63,987 nt of DNA, filler included, from Octopus bimaculoides (GCF_001194135.2; 7 parts of 7 records of this genome joined end to end with filler, not necessarily neighbours in it); one strand, 5' to 3'. Counted from the whole stretch's first letter, positions 11,466-24,969 are shown. The notes: a model not told the origin generated them from the letters alone. Program-made: numbers and translations.

Positions 11466-12030
11466 GCAGGTGAGCTGGCAGAACTGTTAGCATGCCAAGC
11501 GAAATGCTTAGTGGTATTTTGTCTGCCACTATGTTCTGAATTCAAATTCCACCGAGGTCAACTTTGCCTTTCATCCTTTCAGGGTTGATGAAATAAGTAC
11601 CAGTTATGCTCTGGGGTTGATATAATCAATTAGCCCTCTTCCCCCAAAATTTTCAAGGCCTCGTGCCTAGAGTAGAAATAATTGAAGTGGTGAGCTGGCC
11701 AATCCATTAGCATGCCGGACAAAACAGTGACATTTCATCTATCTTTGTGCTCGGAGTTCAAATCCTACTAAGGTTGATTTTGTCTTTCATCCTTTAGGGG
11801 GCTGATAAAATAAACATCTGCTGAGTAGTGAGGTTGGGGTAATCAACAAGTTCCCTCCTTCAAAATTTTAGGCTTTGGGCTCACAGTAATAAAGGTTATC
11901 AAAAAACTACCAAAGGCGACAAACTGGTGAAATTGTAGAGGGTTGCAAAAAATACTTTGCAGTATTTGTTGTGGCTCTTAATGTTCTGAGTTCAAATCCT
12001 GCTGAGGTCAACTTTGCTTTTCATCTCTCT
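11466..12030 (+). mobile_element. Three head-to-tail tRNA-derived SINEs (family A)
   Basis: Repeated GGTGAGCTGGCAGAA ... GAGTTCAAATTCC ... GACTTTGCCTTTCATCCTTT ... GCCTTGTGCC structure. Confidence 0.8.
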
Positions 12031-12039
12031 GGGGTAACT

Positions 12040-13220
12040 AAAAGAGCACCATATGAGCATGGTCAAGGCCAGTGCAGCCTGACTGGCTCCCATGCTGGTG
12101 GCATGTTAAAAGCACCATTCGAGCGTGGTTGATGCCAGTGCCACCAGACTGGCTCCCATGCTGGTGGCACATAAAAAGTACCATTCGAACATGGTCGATG
12201 CTAGTGCTGCCTGAATGGCCCCAGTGCTGGTGGCACGTATAAAGCACCCACTACCCTCTCGGAGTGGTCGGTGTTAGGAAGGGCAACCAGCTTTAAAAAC
12301 CTGCCAGATCAGATTGGAGCCTGGTGCAGCCTTCTGGCTCGCCAGTCCTCAGTCAAATATTCCAACCCATGCCAGCATGGAAAGTGGACGTTAAACGATG
12401 ACGATGATGATGATTGAGGGCAGTGGACTGGTAGACCCCTTAAAGTATTAAAAAGAAAGAAAGAAAAATGCTTTGTAGTATTTCTTCTGACTCTTTATGT
12501 TCTGAGTTCAAAACTGACCAAAGCCAGCTTTGCTTGTCATCCTTCCAGGGTCAATAGAATAAACATCCAACCAAATACGAGGTTTGATGACATTGAAAAT
12601 ACCAGCTTCATGCCTTTATCAGAAACCATAATTAGAAAGCTAGTACAGAAAACACATTAACTTTTTATATTCGTTTAACCCATACGTCACGCAAATGGCA
12701 CCCATGCCGGGGTACGTAAAAGCACCCATTACACTCTCAGAGTGGTTGGTATGTTAGGAAGGGCATCCAGCTGTGGAAAACCATGCCAAGTCACACTGGA
12801 GTCTGGTGCAGCCTTCCAAATTACTAGCCCCGGTCAAACCGTCCAACCCATGCCAGCATGGACAACGCCTGTTAAATGATGATGATGATGATGATAATAT
12901 GAAGTTGTCCGACCATAAAGCCTTTGCCTGAATTAGACAAATCAATCTGACATACAAAATGTTACCAGATACTTTCATACGGTTAAGTAACCAATGCAAC
13001 CTTTGGAATGAATATTAAACAAAATGTTGGTCATTTGGCAATGACATTTCTTTAATTGGATCGTTTTGCAAATGCTATCAGCATTTATTAGGAAACACTT
13101 ACAGTGTTGGCCAGCCCCACTAATTACAACCATTTAATGACAAAATGTCAGCAACAATCAGCTGCGGAAAGCTATAATCTAAATTGAAGGTACAATGCAA
13201 TAATCTACATCTAAAACCAT

Positions 13221-13260
<40 letters not shown>

Positions 13261-13745
13261 GGTGTTTTGGTCTACCATGAATCATTCAAAAGATTAGTCT
13301 GTTAATTTATTTTTCAGCACTCTGTATTTATGGGTGAACACACACAGACACAGCCACGCAGATATTCATATTACATCTGTGGAGGCGAGGTGGCTGAGTT
13401 CCTTCTGAGCGCTGGGCCTCACAGAAGCAAAGTGGCCGAGTTCCTTTCAGATGTTGGGCCTCACAGAGGCAATGACCAAGACCTTTGGCATTATGTCATG
13501 CTTGAGAAGAAGACCCATCAAGCCGAGCAAAATCACAGTCGTGGCAGATACCAGTGTCGCACAAATGGCACCCGTGCCAGTGGCACGTAGAAGCACCCAT
13601 TACAGAGTGGTTGGCATTAGGAAGGGCATCCAGCCATAGCAAACCATGCCAAATCAGACTGGAGCCTGGCGCAGCCTTCCACCGTGCCAACCCAGTCAAA
13701 CTGTCCAACCCATGCCAGCATGGACAACGGACGTTAAATAACAAT
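12040..13745 (+). mobile_element. Cluster of family-B SINE copies (12040-12410, 12690-12890, 13430-13745)
   Basis: Each has GGAAGGGCATCCAGC ... GCATGGA..GGACGTTAAA..ATGATG. The first carries ~55-bp internal tandem subrepeats. Confidence 0.75.
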
Positions 13746-14446
13746 GATATGAGAATGCTGATGCAATGTCTATTATATAACTAATGAAGTTATGAAACGG
13801 CTGTAAAAGAATAGCATAAACCTCTCCTCTCTCACCTCGTTCTTCTTATCTGTTCATACATTTTTTATGAGTGCAGAACCCAGAAGCCCACAAGACTGGC
13901 CTGGTTCTATGATGTGCACTTCCTGCTTTGAAGTGATCTAAATTAAAAGCTTGCAGCAAAATTCCATGTTAATTCATGTTCCAAACACCAGCTGAATAAT
14001 GTGTGGTTAAAAGGTTCAATTGACAATCATGTGGTTCCAGGTTCAGTCCCAATGCACAGCAGTGCCTTAGACAAGTGTCTTTTATTATAGCCAGGGATCG
14101 ACCAATGCTTTGAATTTGGAAGACAGAAACTGTTTGAAAGTCAGTCATACATATATGTGTGTGTGTCCCACCACTACCACTAGAAAACCAGTGTTAGTTT
14201 GTTTACATCCCCTTGGCAAAAGAGATTAGTAGAACAGACTTTAAAATAAGTACTGGGGTCGATTTGCTTGACTAAACCCTTTAAAGTGATAACCCAGCAA
14301 GGTCAGAATCTAAAACCTGAAACAAAAGATGAATTCTTCATAAGTTTCAAAATTAATTGCAACAAAGGCCAAGTATTTCAACAGAAATAATGTAACACAA
14401 GGGGCTAACCAGAAACCAAGTTCCCAAAAGAAATAGTGTCCCTTAC

Positions 14447-14620
14447 TTCAGATAGTCTTTTCCGTTTCTCCTTAAAGTTCATCTTTTCATCAGCAATAAT
14501 CTTCTTTAGGAGATCCCTGAGGGCCTCTGTGGAATGGTGTAAAGATTCTTTTTCATAAGCAGAGAGAGGAATCTGTTTGCAGTAAGTCGTAGAGCCTTTG
14601 TCATCGGAAGAGTAGACCAC
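14447..14620 (-). CDS. DEPDC1: DEPDC1/DEPDC1B-like protein, penultimate coding exon
   Basis: AG at 14621-14622 and GTAAG donor at 14446. 174 nt, phase 0/0: VVYSSDDKGSTTYCKQIPLSAYEKESLHHSTEALRDLLKKIIADEKMNFKEKRKRLSE, compared with DEPDC1 YCKQI...IAELLENII..LPLKEKRKKLKQ. Confidence 0.9.
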
Positions 14621-14659
14621 CTGAATAAATAACCAATTTAATAATCACAACAACGACAA

Positions 14660-15240
14660 TAATAATAATCCTTCCTACTAAAGGCACAAGGCCTGAAATT
14701 TGGGGGGATGGGACTAGTCAATTACATCGACCCCAGTATGCAACTGGTACTTAATTTATTAACCCTGAAAGGATGAAAGAAAAGTTAACCTTGCCAGAAT
14801 TTGAAGACAGACGAAACACTGCTTAGCATTTTGTCCAGCATGCTAATGATTCTGCCAGCTTGTCACCTTAATAATAATAATTGTTTCTACTGTAGGCACA
14901 AGGCCTGAAAAGTTGGGAGGGGGGATAGTCGATTACATCGACTCTAAGTGCATAACTGGTACTGATTTCATCAACCCAAAAGGATGAAAGGCAAAGTCGA
15001 CTTTGACGGAATCTGAACTCAGAACGTAAAGATGGGCGAAAAGCCACAAAGAATTTTGCCTGGGGTAATAATTATTCTGTCAGCTCACCACTTCAATAAT
15101 AATCTTTTCTACTATAGGAATAAGGCCCGGAATTTTTGAGGAGGTGGGGGGGCAGTCAATTAGATCGAGGTTGACCCCGAAAGGATGAAAGGCAAAGTCG
15201 GCTTTGGTGGAATTTGAACTCAGAACTTCAATAATGATAA
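14660..15240 (-). mobile_element. Three head-to-tail family-A SINEs; further minus copies at ~15850, 18130, 18850, 21150
   Basis: Repeated AAGGCCTGAAA ... CGATTACATCGACCCC ... AAAGGATGAAAGGCAAAGTCGAC ... GAATTTGAACTCAG. Confidence 0.8.
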
Positions 15241-18200
15241 GACAAATTTCAGAGAAAACTAGACACCAAAATATTTCCATAAAAATACAAACACAAACCA
15301 GCCATAAGGACCATGCTGGAGCAGACACTAAATGATGACGACGATGATGACACACACACACACATGACAAGCTTCCACAGTTTCAGTTAACCAAATCCAC
15401 TCCTGAGGCTTTGGTCAGTCCAGTGGCTGTGTCTGCAGTAAAAGACATCTGTCCAAGGTGTTGCACAGCATGACTGAATCCAAAGCCACATGGCTGGGAA
15501 GCAAGCATCTTAATCACAACAGCCACCATGTGTAGTTATATATCTGAAATATGGACAGCTTAGAAGTCTCGCAAGCAATTTGTTCATATTAAGCACATTG
15601 TTTATTTAAATCTCGCATTTGTTTCGTTTTCTGAACCTTTTCCCCCCATCTCAAAATATACTTTAAAATAGAGAAGTGACCCACTTGTTAAGGGTTGGAT
15701 TAAATAACCAGCAATTTGGTTATTTAACTGTTATGATACCAGCCCTACTTCAACAACAAACTTCTTGTAAAGTGATCTAAATTAAAACCATCCATCAAAA
15801 TTTCAAGCTAATGCATATTCCAAACATCAGCTGAATAAACCTTTCTACAACAGGCACAATTTCGAGGGGAGGGGTAAGTCATTTACATCACTCTTGATGC
15901 TCAACTGGTACTTTATTTTATTAACCCCTAAAGAATCAAAAAAAAAAAACCCGACCTCAGCAGAATTTAAACTCAGAATGTAAAGACACGAAATGCCACA
16001 AAACATTTTGTCAAAATGCTTAACAGTATTTATTCAGTACACTAACAATTCTGCTAGTTCCCCACCTCAAACCCCTGCTTAATAATAAAAGCTCAATGTC
16101 AACATCTTTGTTGTCATTATCATTTTAACATCCATTTTTGCCACGCTTGCATGAATCAGATGGAATTTGATGAGGCAGAGTTTCTACAGCTGGATGCTCA
16201 TCGGGTCACCAACCTTCACCTTTTTTCAAGAAAGATAATATTTCCGCAAGGTCAGACATATTTTTCAAAGACAACTGAAAACAAACAACATAGCTCGCAT
16301 GACAGATAGATACTTATACATATAGATAGATACTTACACATATATACGACAGGCTTCTTTTAGTTTCCATATATCAAATCCACTCACAAGAGTTTAGTCA
16401 TCCCAGAGCTACAAAGAAGGTACTTGCCCAAGGTGCTGCACAATTGGACTGAACTTAGGGTCACATTGTTCAGAAGCAATCTTCTTAACCATTCTTAACC
16501 AGACAGCCACACTAGTGCATGTCTATCTTCCTATTCACTCAATCTATCTATACTTTCTGGAGTTGGGGGCCACATAAAAAGCACCCAGCACACTTCGTAA
16601 AGTGGTTGGCATTAAAAAGGACAGCCAGCTGTAGAAACCAACGGATTATGAAACGTGGTGTGGATCCCGGCTTTGCCAGCCCTTGTTAAGCCCCATCCAA
16701 CCCATGCCAGTATGGAAAACAGAAATGTTAAATGACAAGGATGATGCATTTTTATACATAATATATCTGTACAACTACGTGCATGTGTGAATGCATGCTT
16801 ACTTGAATACATACATGCATGTATACATACATGCATTATACATACATGCATTATACATACATGCATTATACATACATGCATGCATGTATACATACATGCA
16901 TTATACATATGTGTGTGAAATTGTTAAATGAATAAATAACCCCAAAAAACACAGAAAATATCATTTTACAGTTGGACTCAACTGAAAGTAACCTGATTCT
17001 AAGACATTTAGGTCAAATTCTTCCTCTACACCCCACTAAAGTGGTAGTGCCGAATATACAGCAAAAGGTCTAGAGTTCAGCTGCTTATTTGACACTTAGG
17101 AATTATTCTGAGAGTGAAAAACAGAAACCACCTCCATTTTAGAGAAAAACGATCAATATTGGGGGGGGGGGGGGGACAAGACTTCCCATGATTCAAAGTA
17201 TTTGTCAGTGAAACCAACTCCCCCACCCCTAACAGGAAAAAAGAAAATCAATGAAATATCATTTATTGTCTACTTGTTTCAGTCATTAGACTGTGGCCAT
17301 GCTGGGGCACCTCCTTGAAGACGTTTTAGTCAAAGTATTTATTTATTTTTTATTTGCTTCAGTTGTTTGACTGTGGCCATGCTGGAGCACTGCCTTTCAG
17401 TCGAAGAAGCTTGGTACTTACTCTATTGGTTTCTTTTGCCAAACTGCTAAGTTATGAGGACATAGACATACTAATATCAATTGTCAAACAATAGTAGGGG
17501 GACAAACACAGATACAAACATAAATATATACGATGGGCTTCTTTCAGTTTCCGTCTACCAAATCCACTCACAAGGCTTTGGTAGGTCCGAGGTTATAGTA
17601 GAAGACACTTCCCCAAGGTGCCATGCAGTGGGACTGAAACCAGAACCATGTGGTTGGGAAGCAAGCTTCTTACCACACAGCCTGCACCTTTATTTATGTA
17701 AGCACCATTCGATGCCAGTGCTGGTGGCACATAAAATTCACCATTCGAGCTTGATCACTGCCAGTGCCACGTGACTGGCCCCCATGTTGATGGCACATAA
17801 AAAGCAGCCACTACACTCTCAGAGTGGTTGGCATTAGGAAGGCCATCCAGCTGTAGAAATCTTGCCAGATCAGACTGATGATGATGATGATGATGATGGT
17901 GAAACCAGTACCCAATGAAAATGTGCTGATTCCAACCGTGTGCGTTAACCAAGGTGCCACGCAGCAGGACTGAACCTGAAACCACATGGTTGGGAAACAA
18001 ACTTGATCACCATGTGTCCATGGCAGAACTTAAATATTTAAGAGTTAAATATATACTCATGGAAAAATATGGAGTGAGAGAGAGAGAGAGAGAGGGGGGG
18101 GAGTGTGAGAGAATAAAATTGTGGTTATAAATTTTGGGCACAAGGCCAGCAATTTCAAGGAGGCGATAAGTTGATTACATCGACCCCCAAATACTTAACT

Positions 18201-19369
18201 GGTACTTATTTTATTGACCCTGAAGCAATGAAAGGTAAAGTCGACCTTGGTGGAATTTGAACTCAGAATGTAAAGATGGATGAAATATCGCTAAGCATTT
18301 CGCCTGGCATGCTAACGATTCTGCCAGCTCACCACCACTTTAGCTTGATAATTAAATAACGAGTACCAACTAAAGAACATTCAAATGACTCACGTGACCA
18401 GGTACAATCAGGAGAATGCAGTCAAAAAACATGGAGAGAAAGAATTTAAAGTGGAAGTAAAATAGCTAAAAAGCATGTAGAAGTTAGAAGTAACAAGAGA
18501 ATCTAGTAAAGGAAGTTAAGTACAGTCTATGGTAATACCGTTTAGAGAAGACATGCTAACAGTGAAATTATATGAATTTGCAGCAGCAGCAGCAATGGTG
18601 CCATAAACTGGAACCAAATTAGAATAAGCTTTGAAGCAATGAAGGAACTTAAGGGAAGCAAAAGCGTTTAATAAACAACAACAAAAGGTTTATAATGTAT
18701 TTAACGAGAATCTTTAATTTACAAAAAAAAAAAAAAGCCAAAAATACACAACATATTAAAAGTAATTAATAATTAAAAATTAATTCAAAATGGAAATAAT
18801 TACAAACAGTAATTATTGCTACATTACAGAACAACACAATGATAATAATGGTTTCAAATTTTGGCAAGGGCCAGCTATTTTGGGGGAGGGGCTAAGTCGA
18901 TTACATCAACCCCAGTGTACAACTGGTCCTTATTTTATCGACCCTTGAAGGAGGAAAGGCAAAGTTGACCTCGGCAGAAACACAAAGACAGATGAAATGC
19001 CACTAAGTATTTTCCCAGACATGTTAACGATTCTACTAGCTTGCTGCCTTAATAACGATAATAATCGTCTATTATAATAATGAGCGTAGTGTTTATATAT
19101 ATCCAGAATCGTGCCAGATGCAGAGGAGGAGAGAAAATAGTAATTCAGTGAAGGAGAAGTAGTGAGAGTAATAGTCCTGACTGAGAGGGAGTCAGAGAAA
19201 GTAATAGCAATGAGAGAAAGGAAGGGGTGATAGATGAACAAGGAAGAAAGGGATGAAAAAAGAAAATCAGCATTTCAACACTGCTTGAGTGTATACGTGT
19301 GCGTGTACAAGGGAAGTATGTGAATATTTGTATGTGTGATTATTATCATGGACCTTATTTTGTACCTTA

Positions 19370-20274
19370 TCTATACTATAAAAGGCAAATCTACTGTGTG
19401 TGTGTATGTTTAAAATTCATACATTTACACAATTCAAAATTTCTTCGATTAAACAATCGCAATTAATATTCTAAATACAATAAGTTAGGTCACTGCGTCA
19501 TTTTTTCACTCCAAAAATTTCCTAATAATGAATAAAATCCGTAAAACTACAGGAGTAAACATTTTCTCCCTAATAAAATCTAATTTCCTCTTTCTAATAC
19601 AAATCCTTTCAACTCCTACTTCCTCTGATGAACCTTTACGAAAAATCAAATAACAAATACAAAAAGAAAGGAAGGAGAAAAAGAAAACTATCAAAACTGA
19701 AACAATCACATTTCGATACTGTAATGACAGATACATACAAAATTACTTTGCCCCTCTAAAATTAACTATTTCTATTCCTCTTACACATCNNNNNNNNNNN
19801 NNNNNNNNNNNNNNNNNNNNNNNNNNNNNNNNNNNNNNNNNNNNNNNNNNNNNNNNNNNNNNNNNNNNNNNNNNNNNNNNNNNNNNNNNNNNNNNNNNNN
19901 NNNNNNNNNNNNNNNNNNNNNNNNNNNNNNNNNNNNNNNNNNNNNNNNNNNNNNNNNNNNNNNNNNNNNNNNNNNNNNNNNNNNNNNNNNNNNNNNNNNN
20001 NNNNNNNNNNNNNNNNNNNNNNNNNNNNNNNNNNNNNNNNNNNNNNNNNNNNNNNNNNNNNNNNNNNNNNNNNNNNNNNNNNNNNNNNNNNNNNNNNNNN
20101 NNNNNNNNNNNNNNNNNNNNNNNNNNNNNNNNNNNNNNNNNNNNNNNNNNNNNNNNNNNNNNNNNNNNNNNNNNNNNNNNNNNNNNNNNNNNNNNNNNNN
20201 NNNNNNNNNNNNNNNNNNNNNNNNNNNNNNNNNNNNNNNNNNNNNNNNNNNNNNNNNNNNNNNNNNNNNNNNNN

Positions 20275-20310
<36 letters not shown>

Positions 20311-21057
20311 TTAAGACTTAGTTGGGTTGGGAGTTTGATCTGCAGAGGTCATTATTATTATTATTCAGATTAACACCCGCACCATTTTCACTAGGGTGTT
20401 AGGGTTGCGGTTTTGGGGTCAGGGTTATGATGAGGGTTAGGGTTACATGATCGTGCGGGTGTTAATCTGAAAAATCACCGAAATGTGAAAACTACCGACC
20501 CTCCCATCTATTATAACTTTTGTTGTTCTGTTTAATATGTACATAGATTATGCCTCCAAAGAAGAGAGCTTGCTGGGGAAAGAAAGAAACCGGTTTAAAA
20601 AGACAGCAAGAGACTGCAGCAATTCACCACATTCCAGAAGTTACTTTGAACATAATGCAAAACGGTGCATCATCATCTACTGCCCAATCTGATAGAATTC
20701 TGGCAGAACTGTGTAGCAACAGATCGCCAGCAATTGCTTCATCACAAATTGCCGTCCTAGCAGCTCCTGCGAAAAGGAATTACCTTGCTATCTATAATCA
20801 AGGCAACGCAAAAAGTTGTTTTGCACAAGCATTTGTATAGTCAATTAGACGGATGAAATTTACGTACACTTAATAATGTTACACAAAACAGCCTTCAGAC
20901 TTTCCCTATTAATTTTGTCTTTTGAATTATGAACATATTTACATCATAAGGGTTTTTTCATTGTAAGGCTTTCTTTTTTAGTTGATTTTCATCTAGCAAG
21001 ACTTATCGTAGATGGCGTAATAAGTCACACCCGGACAACGTCGGGTTGTACTGCTAG
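19370..21057 (+). mobile_element. Non-autonomous Helitron (ends linked across a gap)
   Basis: 5' A|TCTATACTATAAAAG at 19370; 3' hairpin CCCGGACAACGTCGGG then CTAG (21054-21057)|T. Alternative 5' end A|TCTATTATAA at 20507. The 3' end is better supported than the 5' end. Confidence 0.65.
20364..20471. repeat. Perfect 19-bp inverted repeat enclosing degenerate TTAGGG-like units
   Basis: TTCAGATTAACACCCGCAC (20364-20382) and GTGCGGGTGTTAATCTGAA (20453-20471). Interior CTAGGG, TTAGGG, CAGGGT, GAGGGTTAGGGTT. Confidence 0.85.
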
Positions 21058-22429
21058 TTTATATATAAAATACTACAATTAACCGTCATTATTGATGGCA
21101 TGTGGTCAGCTAGTGATTAATTTAATAATAACAGCAATGGTGTCTGATTTAAGCACTAAACCAGTAATTCTCAGGACTGAGATGGTTAATCAATAACCAT
21201 TGGTCCAAGTACTTGACTAGTATGTGATTTTATTGACCATAGAGGAATGAAAGGCAAATTTGATCACAACAGGGTTTGAACTCAAAACATAATGAGTTAG
21301 AATAAAAATATAATATAGCAATAATAACAAATGGAAAAATATATAAAATATTTGATATGGAGCAAATAATTCATGAGAAAAAATAATTTGCGAAGATATT
21401 ATTGACTCTGATATTATCTAGTGTAACAAATTAAAAATGATAATAACAGAATCAATAATACAGGTGATTGCAGGCCCCACAAAAAGCATAATCCTTCAGC
21501 TATCAAAATATTTGATATGCAATATATTAATTATAGAGATCACATTGTTTTGTTATGTTCCAAATACTAGAGTCATAATGACAGAATTACTTTTTTTAAA
21601 GCCTGGTACTTATTCTATCAGTTTCTTTTGCTGAACTGCTAAGTTACGGGGGATGTAAACACACCAACAACAGTTGTCAAGTGACGGTGGCGGACAAACA
21701 CAAAGACACACACACACAACAGGCTTCTTTCAGTTTCTATCAACCAAATCCACTCCCAAGGCTTTTGGTCGGTCTGAGGCTACACTTGCTCAAGTTGCTA
21801 CGCAGTGGGACTGAACCCAGAATCATACAGTTGGGAACCAAGATTATTCTTTTTTGAGATTGAAATGGAGACAGATAATTCCTAATCCCTTCATGACTAG
21901 CAACACTGATGTAAATAGAGAAAACATTTCATTTTTTTTTTTTAAAAAAGGGACACACACACACACATGCATCCATACCAAAATTAAAGCAATACTCTCA
22001 AGACATTCATTTATGTTAGCAAACATCTGGAGAGGAGTTTCAGTTCTTGATGCCCTAATCATCATCATCATCGTTTAACGTCTGCCTTCCATGCTGGCAT
22101 CACATAGTAAAATGATTTAAATAACAGAGAATTTCCATATTAATAAGCTGAATCCATAACTGTGAATTGGAAAAAGATATTTTGTCAAACTCATAGTTAG
22201 GGAGTAAATGTACTGAAACTTGGGTTTTCTAATTGGGTCCTTTGTTTTAAGTGACCTGACCCTGTTCCTATGAATTTATCACTCCTAAAAATATAGATTT
22301 AATTATTAGAAATCAGTCTTACATGGATGCTTAGTTCACCTCTATGGTTCTAACAATCTTGCTAGACTCATCAAAATGGACTGAGCACTGAGTTCTCTGC
22401 AGGGTTGATTGCTAACAAATGTAACCAGC

Positions 22430-22750
22430 ACTCTGTCGGTTACGACGACGAGGGGGGTTCCTGTTGATCCGATCAACGGAACAGCCTGGTTGTGAAATTA
22501 ATGTGCAAGTGGCTGAGCACTCCACAGACACGTGTACCCTTAACGTAGTTCTCAGGGAGATTCAGTGTGACACAGAGTGTGACAAGGCTGGCCCCTTTGA
22601 AATTACAGGTACAACTCATTTTTGCCAGTTGAGTGGACTGGAGCAATGGGAAATAAATTATTTTGCTCAAAGAGACAACACACTGCCAGGAATTGAACTC
22701 ATGACCTTATGGTCATGAGCCAAATACCCAAACCATTCAGCCACACACCT
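22430..22750 (-). mobile_element. tRNA-derived SINE (family D)
   Basis: Homologous to 7812-8110 along its length. Confidence 0.75.
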
Positions 22751-22991
22751 TCACTAAGAAATATATTCACTTTATCTAACACCTGCACTGAGTACCCATT
22801 CGAAATATGGTCTTCCCAGTTCCATACCAGTGATACCATTGAACATTTATTAAAGCTTGTGATGTTTGTTAGTCATTAGAGTATTTCAATAAATTAATTA
22901 CAATACTTAAATACATTAAACTTTAAAATAAATATAACAAAAATGTATGTTACCAAAGAAAAAGCCAAAACAAAATTGAACAAAAAATATA

Positions 22992-23221
22992 TTAACCCTT
23001 TCATTACCGTATTTATTTTGAGATGCTCTATGTTTCTTTCAATTAATTTTAAATATAACAAAGAAATTAGCAAAATAACTTAGTTATCATTAAACTTGTG
23101 TTAGGAACATAAATTGTGACTAAGGTTTGATGGAAGATTTTAATTCAAAACTTATGAAAACAAGTCATTTGTACTACAGAGCCAGAGACAGTTTCAGCTG
23201 GGTTGGTAATAAAAGGGTTAA
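22992..23221. mobile_element. piggyBac-type MITE
   Basis: TTAA at both ends (22992-22995, 23218-23221). TIRs CCCTTTCATTACC and GGTAATAAAAGGG, 1 mismatch in 13. Confidence 0.75.
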
Positions 23222-23500
23222 GACTGCAATTACTTAAAGCTGAGATGAAAATTAGTTAATTAAATAAATACACACTGATACACACTTGAATACAATGAAA
23301 TAATAAAAAAATTTTATGGTAGCAAAAATATAAACTGTCAATAAGACAAATGTTAGAAATAGTTAAAAATCAAAAGGAGGAGTATTTCTTTTATGGAATT
23401 AAGGGATATATGGTAGATCCATCGAATACAGTGTGGAACTTGGAAAATATTGGATTAATAATCAGGATGTAAAGAAATGCCTTCAGTCTAGAATCTTTAC

Positions 23501-23677
23501 CTGGACACGTTGTATTTCGGAGAGTCGTTCCTCCACTTGTTTGCGCAGGTCACATGGCACCTGCATTACAAAGTCGTGGTTTTCTACTAGGTACCACAAG
23601 AAATGTTTAGCAAGGTTGGTGTCCATGTCACTGGCATCAGGACTGCACAATACACTTTGGTAGAACGTATCCACGAT
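23501..23677 (-). CDS. DEPDC1: DEPDC1/DEPDC1B-like protein, internal coding exon (end of the RhoGAP-like region)
   Basis: Poly-T tract plus CAG acceptor (23678-23679) and GTAAA donor (23500). 177 nt, phase 0/0: IVDTFYQSVLCSPDASDMDTNLAKHFLWYLVENHDFVMQVPCDLRKQVEERLSEIQRVQ, compared with DEPDC1B MVQTFSRCILC...DELLA.RLV.FLMDN..EILKVP..L...IEER...LRRVQ (recalled). Confidence 0.9.
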
Positions 23678-23764
23678 CTGATTAAAAAAAAAAAAGCATA
23701 AAAATAAATAAACTAAAATAAAATAAACACAAGATCATCATTTAATGTCCACCTTCTCATTCTT

Positions 23765-23995
23765 ATATGGCTCAGCTGGTACTGTCAATTCGGATAGCTG
23801 GTCCCTCTGTTGGGTTGACATGCAGCAGACTCTCTTCCTCCCATTCATTCTCTTTATTAAGCAGCCTTTCATAGTGGCGTCTCCAAACCTCTCTCTTTGC
23901 AGCCTCGTTTAGTGCAAGTGAGCCATCATCCATGCGGACACATTTCTCTCCTACAACATCACGATTCTCTCTCACACACTGTCTTGCAACACGAA
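23765..23995 (-). mobile_element. RTE-clade LINE ORF fragment
   Basis: RENRDVVGEKCVRMDDGSLALNEAAKREVWRRHYERLLNKENEW matches the RTE linker between endonuclease and RT (W..YF..LLN.EN). Confidence 0.75.
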
Positions 23996-24869
23996 ATACT
24001 TCAAGTGTATATATATATATATCTCATCGTCGTTGGGAGCCAGTCTGGCGGCACTGGCAACAACCATGCTCGAATGTTGTTTTCCACATGCCGCTGGTAC
24101 CTGTGCTAGTAAGGCGACATATATATATATATAGACACACACACACACACACACATATGTATGTGATACAAGCTGTTATTTATAGCCGTAATTACTTTGA
24201 GATACACAGTTCAAAACTTAATTTACATATTTTTCAAAGCTTCTACACTTTCATACGATGGAAACGGAAAATTCAGAGAAAGATTCTGCAAGATGAGACG
24301 TTTCAAAAGCCATCAGGCCAAGAAATATTGGTTAGCTGAGAAAAAGGTTGGAACTTGTTTAGATTCTTGCAGGCGTGGCTGTGTGGTAAGAAAAGCTTCC
24401 CAACCACATGGTTCCGGGTTCAGTTCTACTGTATGGTACCTTGGGCAAATGTCTTCTACCATAGCCTTGGGCTGACCAAAGCCTAGTGAGTGGATGTGGT
24501 AGACGGAAAGTGAAAGAAACCTGTCATATATATATATATATCTAAAATATATAGTTTTAGGGAAAAAAAACCAAGTTTCAAGAACTCATCGATGAAAATC
24601 CACCATCACATATAGAAAAATTAACAATAAAAAGCACAATCATCATCATCATCATCGTTTAACGTTCGCTTTCCATGCTAGCATGGGTTGGACGATTTGA
24701 CTGAGGACTGGTGAAACCAGATGGCTACACCAGGCTCCAGTCTGATTTGGCAGAGTTTCTACAGCTGGATGCCCTTCCTAACGCCAACCACTCAGAGAGT
24801 GTAGTGGGTGCTTTTACGTGCCACCCGCACGAAAACGGCCACGCTCGAAATGGTGTCTTTTATGTGCCA

Positions 24870-24969
24870 NNNNNNNNNNNNNNNNNNNNNNNNNNNNNNN
24901 NNNNNNNNNNNNNTTAATTAATTAANNNNNNNNNNNNNNNNNNNNNNNNNNNNNNNNNNNNNNNNNNNN
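24870..24969. other. 100-bp scaffold join (44N-TTAATTAATTAA-44N); identical joins at 33802-33901, 49955-50054, 53078-53177, 60648-60747, 62683-62782
   Basis: Identical length and identical 12-mer, which places a stop codon in all six frames. Confidence 0.9.

Noticed and set aside
24701-24720. CTGAGGA...GAAAC inside family-B SINE copies
   Set aside because: No room for stem II and no pairing stem I or III, so a chance match.
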